Source of the DNA: Obrimoposthia wandeli
Taxonomy: Eukaryota
Assembly: GCA_977020255.1 (NCBI GenBank)
Contig: CDROCS010002814.1
Location: forward strand, 1-64,000
Direction of reading: 5' to 3'
DNA length: 64,000 nucleotides
Below are positions 1 to 10,081 of the stretch, in pieces. Every line of letters begins with the position of its first letter. The stretch's first letter is position 1. The notes beneath the pieces were generated by a model. That model was given only the letters and a program-made list of their open reading frames with translations, ran no database searches and was not told the DNA's origin. Both the position numbers and the translations under genes were made by a program.

Positions 1-1
1 C

Positions 2-265
2 ATTTTCAGCGCATTATCCAACCGGCTAAATATCACCACGTTGATGGATGCCGAAGGCGAGCAGCTGACAGGCGAGAAAATACGTATGCCAGCAGCGAGT
101 TTTGGAGCAAGTCGCGATCGTGAACGACCTTATCAAATCGTTGATTCAGAGACGATCGTACCTATCACGGGCAGTTTGACACATAAATTAGGGCGCTTGC
201 AGCCTTACAGTGGCATGACCGGTTATAGGTGTTATTACCAGCTAATGCTATTGAAGAGACTATAG
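2..265 (+). pseudogene. Fragment of a lambdoid phage capsid-assembly S49 protease (gpC-like), entering from the left window edge and truncated
   Basis: The frame from base 2 reads IFSALSNRLNITTL...RPYQIVDSETIVPITGSLTHKLGRLQPYSGMTGY. This closely recalls lambda gpC (SYQVMNGIAVLPVSGTLVSRTRALQPYSGMTGY). Similarity ends after GMTGY (~230) and the frame stops at 263-265, before the catalytic region. Confidence 0.75.
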
Positions 266-301
266 CTGCAAGCGCTATACAAAGCTTGTTAAAATGCATA
301 T

Positions 302-1122
302 CTATTGTTCCTTTTTAGGCTTCACAAAAAGCTCTGGTTTGACAGCGTTGATTGTTTTTCTATGATCAGGGTCTAGACCTTTAATATCATAGAGTGAATT
401 GGTATTGAGAAGCTGGTCTATAGTCAGGTTCTTTGCTCCAAATATGTTCGCTCCAGATAGATTTGCCTTGTGGGAAACTGCTTAGCCGTCTGAGGATTCT
501 CTAAATTAGCATCAGTCAAGTTAGCCCCCCTGAAATAAGCTCGTTTTAAATTAGCTCCTATTAAGTTTGCCTTAGATAGGTTAGATTTAGTCAAGAAAGC
601 AAGCTCAAGAGATGCAAAACTTAAATCAATATTGGTTAAATTCAGTTGATAAAAAATAGCTTTTTTTAGCTTTTTCTTCCATTTAGAGATTAAAGTCTTT
701 GTTTTTTCTATAGCAAACGTACAAACTTTCTTTTCTCCGATTATTACTCTGAGTGAAATGTCAGGTCTGTAAATTACAGGTTCTTCAAGACAAAGTAGGG
801 TTTGCATCTGGTGAACGCCAGTCATTGCAAGTTTTGAATCAGATTCAAAAAGGGTATCTATTCTATTTATTTCAATCTCGATTTTTGCTCTATCATTGTT
901 TTGCACGCTAACAGAAAAAAAGTATAAAGTTAGAAACAGTGAAAAAAATGCAAGAGAAAAACTGCTAGGCTTACGATAGTCATCTGAGTTTTCTTCTTCA
1001 AAAGTATTAGGGTAGATTTTTCTGTATAAATATCTAAGTCCAGTCAAATCCCAAGCCAGCCAATGTAACTTTGGTTTCAAATTACTAATAGTTGTATTTA
1101 GTAAGTCCATATACTTCTCCAA
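302..1122 (-). pseudogene. Membrane-anchored pentapeptide-repeat protein, frameshifted at the 3' end
   Basis: ORF 424-1122 has an N-terminal hydrophobic segment and A(N/D)L repeats (SNLSKANLIGANLKRAYFRGANLTDANL). The repeats continue in another frame (KANLSGANIFGAKNLTIDQLLNTNSLYDIKGLDP) and then a third (EKTINAVKPELFVKPKKEQ*), ending at TAG 302-304. Confidence 0.75.
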
Positions 1123-1361
1123 TAATCCTTTAGTGAAAATGCGATATTATCAAAGCTTCTTCTTAGAAAAAAGCAGCTAATTAGAAATAAAATAGCACTA
1201 TTTATAAGAAAGAGTACTTTTTCAAACAATATTGGCTAGCTTTTAAACATACAAATTTTGGTTCAACTGATTAATTTTGTTTGTTCTCTGTACTTGGTTT
1301 CATTCTTTTGGCTTAGCGGTTTGGAAAACTATTGGAAAACGCAAATAAATTAAAAAAAGAC

Positions 1362-1397
1362 TAGCAACCTTGAAAGCCAGTCCCTATAATCCCTGCC
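1362..1397 (+). promoter_or_regulatory. Sigma70 stable-RNA promoter for tRNA-Val
   Basis: TAGCAA (1362-1367), 17 bp spacer, perfect TATAAT (1385-1390), then a GC-rich discriminator CCCTGCC, 15 bp upstream of the tRNA. Confidence 0.65.
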
Positions 1398-1405
1398 ACT
1401 TCTTT

Positions 1406-1421
1406 AGGACTATAGCTCAGT

Positions 1422-1454
<33 letters not shown>

Positions 1455-1482
1455 GGCGATTCGAATTCGCCTAGTCCTACCA
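1406..1482 (+). tRNA. tRNA-Val (GAC)
   Basis: 77-nt cloverleaf: acceptor AGGACTA/TAGTCCT, D-loop AGTTGGTTA, anticodon stem CTACC/GGTAG around TT-GAC-AT, T-loop TTCGAAT, encoded CCA end. Confidence 0.98.
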
Positions 1483-1536
1483 AGCATTCTCTGCATTGAT
1501 GTCTTTCTTGCTTTCAACACAGCACACTGAGAACAC

Positions 1537-2519
1537 ACAATTAGAAAGTTTGATTCCGGCAACTTCCAAGCCATTGTCCGTATCAACGGATTCACTCCCA
1601 AACATAAAACATTCCCCAGTAAGATAGACGCTACCCAATGAGCTGATGCTATTGAGCTAGAGCTTAATCGTTCTGCACCTTTGATTCTTCATGATTGACA
1701 AGTACTCAAGTGGACTGACCTAGTTGATAGGTATGTCATTGATGTTAATCAGTATCATCGAGGATACGCTCGTGGTGACAAGTACCGTGCATCCCAGCTC
1801 AAGAAAGCTTTCAAGCACTCCTTATTATCTGGCCTAACCTCTGATGTAGTGGATGAGTATAAGCGCGGCAGGTTGGATCAAGTTAGCTCTGGCACTGTGA
1901 AGCGTGAGCTTGGCTACATGCAAAGAGTGTTCTCCTACATCCGCAAAGACTTGCATTTAGATGCACCAGACATATTTCAACAGGTCCGCATGCCGAAAGA
2001 CTGTGAGCCTAGAGATAGGATTCCCAGTGAGGGAGAGTTCAAGCATATTCTTGGTGAGCTAAGAATACTCAAGTCTCCCATGTTGGCTGACCTAATGGTG
2101 TTGGCAAGAGAGACAGCGATGCGTAGGGGAGAGCTACTATCTATCAAGGTTGAACACTTGAACCTGCGTAACAAGACCCTTCTTATTCCTATTACCAAGA
2201 CTGACAAACCTAGAACAATCCCGCTCACTCCTGAAGCCCTAAAAGTCCTGTGTAAGTATGCGTCTATCAATGATCATTCCAGTAAGAGTGGATTGGTTAG
2301 TGGACGTAAGCTATTTCCTATTCAGCTTAACAGTGTGACTACAGCATTCAGGAGAATGACTGCTAAGCTCAAGCTCTCTGGTATTGTCTTCCACTCGCTG
2401 AGGCATATGAGGATCACTGAGTTATTTGAAATGGGCTGACTGAGCAAGAGGTGATGATTGTTTCAGGTCACACCACCAGCAGGATGTTAGCGAGAGATAA
2501 AGGGAATGAGTGTTTGTAG
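1537..2519 (+). pseudogene. Tyrosine recombinase/phage integrase pseudogene
   Basis: The frame from 1537 (TIRKFDSGNFQAIVRINGF...KTF) is continuous with ORF 1849-2439 but has TGA stops at 1639 and 1696. Motifs TAMRRGELL, TKT and FHSLRH are present. A frameshift at ~2437 moves LTEQEVMIVSGH into another frame, and the catalytic Tyr is missing (MLARDK). Confidence 0.88.
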
Positions 2520-3460
2520 CAAGTTGTTCCCTGTATAAGGGAATAAATAACCTGGCTATTCTAGATCACAACCGCGACAGGCGCTATTTTCAGTGTTTTC
2601 AGTTCGCTAAAACCTAGCAGAATATATACATATACCGCTAAAACAGTAATACCAAAGAGTATAGAAGATGCAGCGTTAAAATTTTGATTTGCTGTTCAGT
2701 TGTAGTTCATGTTATGAGAGTATTATTTGCTAACTAATTGAATATATTTGCTTTTAAGTAGTTAACTGTACGGGTGTCCCATACTATTTCTATTTTTCCT
2801 TGCGTTTGGGCTCAATAGATAGTGATCTTCAATCAAAAGAACTAAGTCATTTTTGGGTTTCTCAAAAAGCAAATTGGTATTCATATATTAGTAGTTTACC
2901 CGAATATATTGAGTCCGAGTAAAAAACATAATAAGTCAGAGCATTCGACGCTGCAGGCCATCACGAAACTATGAGGCTGTGTTAGCGGGGTTAAGTGCTG
3001 GATTAAAGAGTTTGTATGGAGATTGGGATAGACCGTTTTGAGCAAGGACAATGTGTTTAGTGAACACGAGAGTGGATACCTCGCCATAGTCAAGCTTCTC
3101 TATCTATCATTTTTTTGGAACCCTATAGCCGCTGGAGGTGATCCTCTTATGATAACGTTCCGCCTTTTGACACTGCAAAATTTAAGGTAGGAAACGATCA
3201 GAGGACATTCTTTACTTCAACTAGTATTTCTAATGATTGCATCATGTCGCGCTTGAGTCAGTAAAAATTTTTAAAGTATTGCTTATTCTAAAGATAATAA
3301 AGTTACATTTTAAAATTTTAATTCAGGGAAAGAGCGCTTAATTCCATAGGTAAAAATAATCACTTTGATCAAGCACTTTAGAAGCTCACAACTCAATCTT
3401 TTAATTAATAATTACAATTAATTTTTGCAAAGAATAAATAGAATTAACAGGTGAGAAATT

Positions 3461-6427
3461 ATGTCAGAGCTGTTGTCATTAAAAATTTCAAAAATATTCA
3501 AGCTTCCATTACATATACATATTGCGACTATGTTTATCCTTTTAACTTTAGCTCTGGGCTTTATTCAGGTTTGGTTTAACTATCAAAAGAACTCGGAGCT
3601 AATTAAGGAAAACTCTATTGTCCAGTATGAAAAAGTAATGCAGCGCGCCACTATGGATTTATCAGCTAAGTACCATCTTGCTGCTATGAGTGTCGAAATA
3701 ATGGCCCAAACCGAGCTGCCATTAGCAAAAACACTGGAAGAGCGTTTAAAATTTATACCTGTTTTGAATACGATTCTTGTTGGCAATAAGGCAGTAAGTG
3801 GCTTTGAAATTGGATATAAAAATGGTGATTTTTTTATTATACGAGTAATTGATTCAGAGTATATGCGTAAACAGTTTAACGCTCCTCCTAATGCAGCATA
3901 TTCAGTTGATGATATAAAAGCACCAAGTAACCCTGAGATAAACAGCAGTACAAGAGTCTATTACGATAAATATTTAAGTGAACTTAAACGCGTAAAGTTA
4001 AAGGGCATGACATACGACCCAAGGATAAGGCCCTGGTATAAGCTGGCATTAAAAACAGATGGTTATGCAACAACGGAGCCTTACTTATATTATTTTGTTA
4101 AAAAAGTAGGTTTATCGATTACCCTTGAAACTAAAATTGAAGGAGTAGTTATTGCAGCAGATATAGAACTGGATGATATATCTTCTATTTTAAAAGAAAA
4201 CATTATTACCCCATCATCTGAGTTAGTTTTGTTTGCTGAGAACGGTAAAGTTATTGCCTATAAAGACCCCGAAAAGTTAATTATAATGAATAGGCAAGGT
4301 GATAATAAAATAGCTGAAATTGGTGATCTACAAAGCAGTATTTTGAAAACTCATAACCATTTAATACAAGCTAAAGAACAACGAATTGATTTTGAATTTT
4401 CAAGTGAGCACTGGGGTGGTGCTGTTAGAAAATTTGACATTTATAAAGACTTTAAGGTTTTCTTTGCATTTATAGCCCCTGACAATGAATTGTTCTCTAG
4501 AGCAATAGAAATTCGCTGGCAGTCTAGCCTTGTGGCTTTAATGTTAATGTTAATAGCAGTCCTAATTGCTGGTTGCACCGCTTATTTAATAGCTAAGCCT
4601 ATTAGGCGTTTAACTTTACAAACTCGAAAAATTCGTCAGTTTGACTTTTCTTCAAGTTCAGTAGAGAAATCTGTTATCTCAGAAATTTCTATACTCTCTA
4701 GAAATATGGACGATATGAAATTGACCATAAGTCACTTCTTGACGATGATTAATTCACTTGCAGGAGAGGAAAATTTAGATTCACTACTTACCACTATTAC
4801 TCAGCAAACCCTAGAAGTTAGTAACGCAGATGCTGCAGTTTTATTTTTGCTGGATGAAGAGAGTGCCCACATCACTCCAGTTAGTGTAAAAATAGCGACT
4901 GAAATTGATGGTGAAATTTCCCTAACATCATGTGAGGTTGCGAATAATAAAAATTTCATTCTTGAATCTCTTGAACAAGGAGTACCTAAAGTTCATAAAT
5001 TCACAAAATGTGATGATGGATATAAATATATATTAGAGCCGTTTTTTGACAAATTCAAGACACAAAACCTGCAAGCCTTAACTTTGCCTTTGACTAACCG
5101 ATCTGGAGTTATTCAAGGAGTGCTATGTGTTATTAACGATTTTGATAATGAAAATACAGAGGACTTAGCGAATGAAGATAGAGTTAGTTTTATGCAAACT
5201 TTGTCTGGCTTCGCTGCCGTGTCGATGGAAAGTAGGTACTTATTAAAAAGCCAAGAAGACTTGGTGGCATCCATTGTACAATTAATAGCAGGATCTATTG
5301 ACGCGAAGTCTCATTATACAGCAGGGCATTGCAAAAGAGTTCCAGAAATCACAACAATGTTAGCAAAAGAAGCCTGCAGACAACAAGAAGGGGAGTTCAA
5401 AGAGTTCTCTTTAAATAAAGAAGAATGGGCAGAACTAGAAATAGCAGCTTGGCTACATGATTGTGGAAAAATAACAACACCTGAATATGTAGTGGATAAG
5501 GCGACCAAGCTAGAAACAATATATGATCGTATTCATGAAGTTAGAATGCGCTTTGAAGTACTCAAATGCAGCGCAGAAATAGAGTATTGGAAGTCTATAG
5601 CTGAAGGTGAAGATTTAAAAGCGATGAAAAAGATTTGGGATGAAAAAATCGTGGTAATAGATGATGATTTTGCTTTTGTTGCTCGTTGTAATGTTGGAAG
5701 TGAATTCATGTCCAGTGTTGATATGCATCGTATACAGGAAATATCTTCGGTTACTTGGAAAAGAACCTTAGATGATAGAGTGGGTATTTCTTGGGAAGAA
5801 AACGCTAGAAAAGGGAAAGTTCAAAAATCAAAACTACCGATAATGGAACCGCTCTTCGCTGATAAAATTGAACATATTATTGAAAGGCACCCTAAGGATG
5901 TGCTCACTGAGGACAACCCATGGGGATTTAATATGGAGTGTCCCGAACATCAGTATAACCGTGGAGAGATTTATAATCTTTGTATTAGTAAAGGCACTTT
6001 AAATACGGAGGAAAGATATAAAATTAATGAGCATATGGTGCAAACAATTATTATGCTTGATTCATTAAAATTACCTACAATGTTAAGTAATGTAACTGAG
6101 ATTGCAGGCGGGCACCATGAGAAGATGGATGGAACAGGCTTCCCCAAACGATTAAAAAGGGAGGAAATGTCAATTCAAGCTAGAATGATGGCTATTGCTG
6201 ATATTTTTGAAGCATTAACCGCTGCCGATAGACCTTATAAAAATGCAAAAAAACTCAGTGAGACAATTCAAATCATGAGCTTTATGAAAGCAGATAATCA
6301 TATTGATAGCGCCTTATTTGACCTATTTCTCAAAAGTGGTGTTTATTTAGAATACGCCAAGAAATACTTACCATCAGATCAGGTAGACTTTGTTGATATC
6401 AGCCATTATTTGAGTACTGTAGATTAA
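3461..6427 (+). CDS. Membrane sensor HD-GYP c-di-GMP phosphodiesterase (Cache-type periplasmic domain, HAMP, GAF, HD-GYP)
   Basis: Two TM segments flank a periplasmic domain with YDPRIRPWY (Cache). HAMP-like KPIRRL, GAF-like LPLTNRSGVIQGVL, then GHCKRV, WLHDCGK, HHEKMDGTGFP and AIADIFEALT. Confidence 0.93.
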   Translation: MSELLSLKISKIFKLPLHIHIATMFILLTLALGFIQVWFNYQKNSELIKENSIVQYEKVMQRATMDLSAKYHLAAMSVEIMAQTELPLAKTLEERLKFIPVLNTILVGNKAVSGFEIGYKNGDFFIIRVIDSEYMRKQFNAPPNAAYSVDDIKAPSNPEINSSTRVYYDKYLSELKRVKLKGMTYDPRIRPWYKLALKTDGYATTEPYLYYFVKKVGLSITLETKIEGVVIAADIELDDISSILKENIITPSSELVLFAENGKVIAYKDPEKLIIMNRQGDNKIAEIGDLQSSILKTHNHLIQAKEQRIDFEFSSEHWGGAVRKFDIYKDFKVFFAFIAPDNELFSRAIEIRWQSSLVALMLMLIAVLIAGCTAYLIAKPIRRLTLQTRKIRQFDFSSSSVEKSVISEISILSRNMDDMKLTISHFLTMINSLAGEENLDSLLTTITQQTLEVSNADAAVLFLLDEESAHITPVSVKIATEIDGEISLTSCEVANNKNFILESLEQGVPKVHKFTKCDDGYKYILEPFFDKFKTQNLQALTLPLTNRSGVIQGVLCVINDFDNENTEDLANEDRVSFMQTLSGFAAVSMESRYLLKSQEDLVASIVQLIAGSIDAKSHYTAGHCKRVPEITTMLAKEACRQQEGEFKEFSLNKEEWAELEIAAWLHDCGKITTPEYVVDKATKLETIYDRIHEVRMRFEVLKCSAEIEYWKSIAEGEDLKAMKKIWDEKIVVIDDDFAFVARCNVGSEFMSSVDMHRIQEISSVTWKRTLDDRVGISWEENARKGKVQKSKLPIMEPLFADKIEHIIERHPKDVLTEDNPWGFNMECPEHQYNRGEIYNLCISKGTLNTEERYKINEHMVQTIIMLDSLKLPTMLSNVTEIAGGHHEKMDGTGFPKRLKREEMSIQARMMAIADIFEALTAADRPYKNAKKLSETIQIMSFMKADNHIDSALFDLFLKSGVYLEYAKKYLPSDQVDFVDISHYLSTVD

Positions 6428-6818
6428 AGTGTAATGCGAAGCATGAATGATTAATTTAAAAGAATATGCTGAGGCTTTAGGCAATAAATGGCCATTATCG
6501 TGCTGGATAATTACCTCTGATAGATGTCTAAAGGTCTTCGGCGTATGTAGAGCTAATTTGCGTTTAAATGCTTTAAAAAAACAGAAAGCAGGATTTAAGT
6601 AAATTTATCAGTGTCGCGCTTGTTCAAATAGCTACGGGTATCGTGGCTACTTAGTTCATGCAAAAATTATAGGTTCAAAGGTGAATTACATTGGAGATAT
6701 GCAGTGCTTTCAAAACTCTAACTCATTGATTCCTTTGAATTCTGAAAACTCTATACAATCATAGGTTGTAGTTGTTTTTATAATTATATCAATAAGATAT
6801 GTAAAACTAGAAGTGATA

Positions 6819-6860
6819 TTGACATGCTAGAAGTCGGCAATTCGAATTTGCCTAGCCCTA
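6819..6860 (+). repeat. att-like degenerate copy of the tRNA-Val 3' half
   Basis: TTGACATGCTAGAAGTCGGCAATTCGAATTTGCCTAGCCCTA vs tRNA 1438-1479 TTGACATGGTAGAGGTCGGCGATTCGAATTCGCCTAGTCCTA: 5 mismatches. Confidence 0.88.
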
Positions 6861-7200
6861 ATGAATTATTTATTAATCAATAGCTTGAGAGTATTCAGTT
6901 ATCGCTCTCAGGTAATTGGAAAAAATACAGTATTTCTTCTTGCACATATTTTTTGTAAATACATTCAGTTTCACTCCCTTCTATAGCTTACTTTTTCATT
7001 ATCTCCAAAAATTATAATCATCTCTTTTACTAACCCATAATTTATCTTTTTAATTTATCTGTAATCTTTTAAAATATACATAGGAAAAATTTTTGACGTT
7101 TTGTTGTGTCAGTAAGATATAAATTGTGATTAATAATCCAATTTTTCATCACAAATTCCGTAAAATTAATTGATAGTTTTCTTTTGGTGAAAAATTAAAG

Positions 7201-8481
7201 ATGTTGAAGAATAAATTAAAAATATATGCAGAGCTTGACCTTGATGCTGTTTTCGAAGAATTTTATGATTCTATGCTGTCAAATCCTGATTTTTCAGTCT
7301 TCTTTAAAGATCAAGAACAAATCAAATCTCTGGTAAATCGCCAGAAAAAATTCTTGCTAGAAACAATGGAATCAGATGATGAAGTCATAAAGCAGCGCTA
7401 TATCGCTTTAGGGGAAATGCATCATAGCATTAGTGTCCCTTATATTGATTTCATGGCGGGTATGGGGATTCTTGAGCGGGGGATTATCCATTCGATCGTT
7501 CTGCAAAATACGCAGCGCGGTTTATTAGACTATTCATTTCAATTTTTCCATCACATCAGAGCTTTTACCGCTAAAGGTTATCTCAACAAAATGCTGTGCG
7601 ATGATATTGCTGATATAGATCTTTATCTTTCACATGTTAAGCGTGCCACAGAAATTGATACTCTGCTCGCGACTGAACGCATCATCTGGCTGAAAGATAT
7701 TTTACGTTCGATTAAGGTTGGAAATCGTTCTGCTGCACCTTCATTTAGTATGCCAGAAGGAATTGCCAATCAAATTAGTGCTGCTACTAAAGATGACCCA
7801 GTGTTAACGAGATATACTGATGATATTTCTACTCGTATGGAGATAAACGCTAGAAACCTTTTCTTCTTTCTTGAGAAAGAGAGCTATGAAGAGGTTTTAC
7901 CGCTTTACCGAGAGCTGATGAGCATTTATAAGCTGACGCTAATGCTCACTAGTGTAGTAACCATTGCATCGACTAACACTATTGTAGAAACTCTCTCGCA
8001 CGATAAGCTGACAGGGCTATTAACGCGACGAACCTACGAATCAATCATGAGCAAGGCGCTTGAGGTTGCAACGACTGAAGAATATGAGTTGTCGTTTGTT
8101 ATGGTTGATATAGATAGTTTTAAGCGTATCAATGATCAATATGGGCATGCTACAGGTGATGAAGTATTGAGTGGAATTGCGAATATACTTGCCAGTTCTA
8201 TACGCGCCACAGATTACGCATTTAGATTAGGTGGTGATGAGTTCTTGCTTTTATTGAAGGGCGCTCCATATTCGGTTGCTAATATGCTATCAGAGCAGAT
8301 ACGTAAGCAAATTGAAGGTTTGAGTTTTACAGCCAGTAATCAAGACGTTTTTTCAGTAACTGCCAGTTTTGGTATCTCTTGTTTCGTGCCCCCATTTGAT
8401 CAGCCTGTTTCAGAAATGGTGGCTGCAAGTGATAAAAATCTTTATCTGTCGAAAGAGAGAGGCCGAAATATCGTGAGCTAA
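7201..8481 (+). CDS. Globin-coupled diguanylate cyclase (N-terminal sensor globin, C-terminal GGDEF)
   Basis: The N-terminus has a protoglobin-like pattern (FEEFYDSML...FF...LGEMHHSISVP). The C-terminus has DKLTGLLTRR, DIDSFKRINDQYGHATGD, an RxxD I-site (RATD) and RLGGDEF. Confidence 0.85.
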   Translation: MLKNKLKIYAELDLDAVFEEFYDSMLSNPDFSVFFKDQEQIKSLVNRQKKFLLETMESDDEVIKQRYIALGEMHHSISVPYIDFMAGMGILERGIIHSIVLQNTQRGLLDYSFQFFHHIRAFTAKGYLNKMLCDDIADIDLYLSHVKRATEIDTLLATERIIWLKDILRSIKVGNRSAAPSFSMPEGIANQISAATKDDPVLTRYTDDISTRMEINARNLFFFLEKESYEEVLPLYRELMSIYKLTLMLTSVVTIASTNTIVETLSHDKLTGLLTRRTYESIMSKALEVATTEEYELSFVMVDIDSFKRINDQYGHATGDEVLSGIANILASSIRATDYAFRLGGDEFLLLLKGAPYSVANMLSEQIRKQIEGLSFTASNQDVFSVTASFGISCFVPPFDQPVSEMVAASDKNLYLSKERGRNIVS

Positions 8482-8569
8482 GCACGAAATGAAAAATCCG
8501 AATTAGTTGTATTTATTAAAGCATAGAAGACATTTCACTCGATATAGCACAGATCAAAGCGCTATTGTA

Positions 8570-8760
8570 TGTTCTGGTCACTCCAGTCGGGCATATTTCT
8601 AAAAGAACTTACAAATTCAATGGGCAATTGATCATAGTTAGCTGAGGGCAGTGGCTAATATTGTAATGTTTCATATATCTAGCCACATCATCGCGCATAT
8701 GAGAACACGAGAGCATGATATTAGTTCAGTCTGTGTTCAAAATATGGTGCGTTAACCTCG
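8570..8760 (-). mobile_element. IS3-family remnant (right end plus decayed transposase C-terminus)
   Basis: The minus strand reads HMRDDVARYMKHYN and, after a frameshift, LPSANYDQLPIEFVSSFRNMPDWS. This resembles IS3 OrfB ends (HMKQDVAAYMKYYNLERLHTANGDLSPIEYE). It terminates in TGACCAGAACA, an IS3-type ...CA end at 8570. Confidence 0.7.
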
Positions 8761-9334
8761 GCTGATCTAATTAAGGTTTTATCGTAAACATCATATAGCT
8801 TAATGCATTTAGTTTTGCAGATGAGAATATTCAGTATGTTTGCGACCTTTATAAAATGCATAAAAACGTGCTGAAGTTAGACAAGTTAAATGAGTTTTAA
8901 AAACCAGCTTATTTAGGTTCATAATTAGTTTGCGATAAAATTCTTACTATGGCCTAGCCAGCTATATACAGACAACCGAGATAGAAGGCTTTTTGAAAAA
9001 CATAAAATTGAATTTTTGAACTCAGTCATTGACATTTTACAAGTGAATTAGAGGAGACAATGAAATCTGTTCATAAAGGAGTTATTCCTCATCAAGTTAT
9101 CTTAGAAGTTCTAAAAGCCAAATTCTTGCTACCGCCAGTTAAGCATCATCCAACTTCGAATTAAACATACTATACGAACTTGTGGCACTCGGTTATCAGT
9201 TAATTTGATCCGTTTATAACAAATATTATCGTGATGCTGATTCCATCAGCACAATAATCTGTTTGGTATACATCAAGCAGAATAACTCTAACTTCCTCAG
9301 CTCACCATCAATTGATTTTACATACCTAAACTCT

Positions 9335-9367
9335 CTTAATATTTCTTTAAGAAACTTTCTTTATGCT
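9335..9367 (+). promoter_or_regulatory. OmpR-family (PmrA/QseB-type) direct-repeat box plus -10 element upstream of the hemolysin-like operon
   Basis: CTTAAT-N5-TTTAAG (9335-9351, 11-bp period) overlaps the -35 position relative to TATGCT (9362-9367). Confidence 0.55.
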
Positions 9368-9396
9368 GATTAACATCAACCATAGAGAGCATTCAT

Positions 9397-10080
9397 ATGT
9401 CAGCATTATTAGGAAGTTATCTAAAAGAGCCCGCCCATTCGCAAGTAATTGTTGTAGAGCAACGAGCGAATCAAGAAATTATTAGAAGCTTTACTAACTC
9501 AAGCTTTATGTCCGTTTATGGAGCAGATGTTAAAGATTTTTTGCCTCATTCGCTGGCGCTAATAGATCAAAAAAATCAGCTAAAAGCCACTATGGGTTAC
9601 CAATCAGCTGCCGAGCATTGTTTGTATTTAGAGCAGTATTTATCTAATCCAATAGAACAATGCATTGCCGAGCATCTTGATATAGATACTCCTCGTCGCA
9701 AGGATATTGTTGAAGTCGGAAATTTGGCATCGATCTCTTATGGAGGAACACTAAGATTAATTATTAACTTGGCGAATTATTTCAAGAATATAGGCTTTAA
9801 ATGGATGGTGATGACGGCTATCCCACAAGTTATTCGTGTTTTTCAAAAACTGGGTATTGAAACAGAGCTTGCAACTTTAACAAAAGCAAAAGCTGAAGCG
9901 GTTCGAAATTCAGAAAGTGATTGGGGTAACTATTACGAAAAACAGCCGTTTGTGGTTTGTGCAAACATACTAAATAGCGTCAATAGCTTAGAGAATAATG
10001 AGCTTATGAGAAAGATAATGCAGCATGTACAGCCGCCAGATAAAGACGTGAATTATCAGCTTTCATTGGGAGGGATCTAA
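9397..10080 (+). CDS. Thermostable hemolysin (delta-VPH-like) family protein, probably an acyltransferase-fold enzyme
   Basis: Family-like motifs LYLEQYLSNPIEQ, IVEVGNLAS and WMVMTA. First gene of the typical hemolysin/AMP ligase/TenA/SDR cluster. Confidence 0.82.
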   Translation: MSALLGSYLKEPAHSQVIVVEQRANQEIIRSFTNSSFMSVYGADVKDFLPHSLALIDQKNQLKATMGYQSAAEHCLYLEQYLSNPIEQCIAEHLDIDTPRRKDIVEVGNLASISYGGTLRLIINLANYFKNIGFKWMVMTAIPQVIRVFQKLGIETELATLTKAKAEAVRNSESDWGNYYEKQPFVVCANILNSVNSLENNELMRKIMQHVQPPDKDVNYQLSLGGI

Positions 10081-10081
10081 G

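Larger units (their letters stand above)
1438..6860 (+). mobile_element. Decayed genomic island integrated at the tRNA-Val 3' half
   Basis: Integrase remnant directly after the tRNA, and a 42-bp direct repeat of the tRNA 3' half (1438-1479 vs 6819-6860, 37/42 identical) closing the element. Confidence 0.8.

Noticed and set aside
41-265. 74-aa ORF as an intact gene
   Set aside because: It is an internal piece of a phage S49 protease. The frame extends past the left edge and similarity is lost after GMTGY.
1321-1340. TTGGAAAAC direct repeat upstream of the tRNA promoter
   Set aside because: Two short A/T-rich copies; cannot be told from chance or from generic upstream activating sequence.
1849-2439. 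196-aa ORF as a functional integrase
   Set aside because: Only the middle of a larger gene; upstream stops, a downstream frameshift and no catalytic Tyr.
2896-3093. 65-aa minus-strand ORF inside the island
   Set aside because: No recognisable motif or RBS. The surrounding 2520-3400 region looks like eroded sequence that I could not assign.
9397-10080. Reading the 'thermostable hemolysin' as a secreted pore-forming toxin
   Set aside because: No signal peptide or secretion genes, and it is translationally coupled to biosynthetic enzymes.
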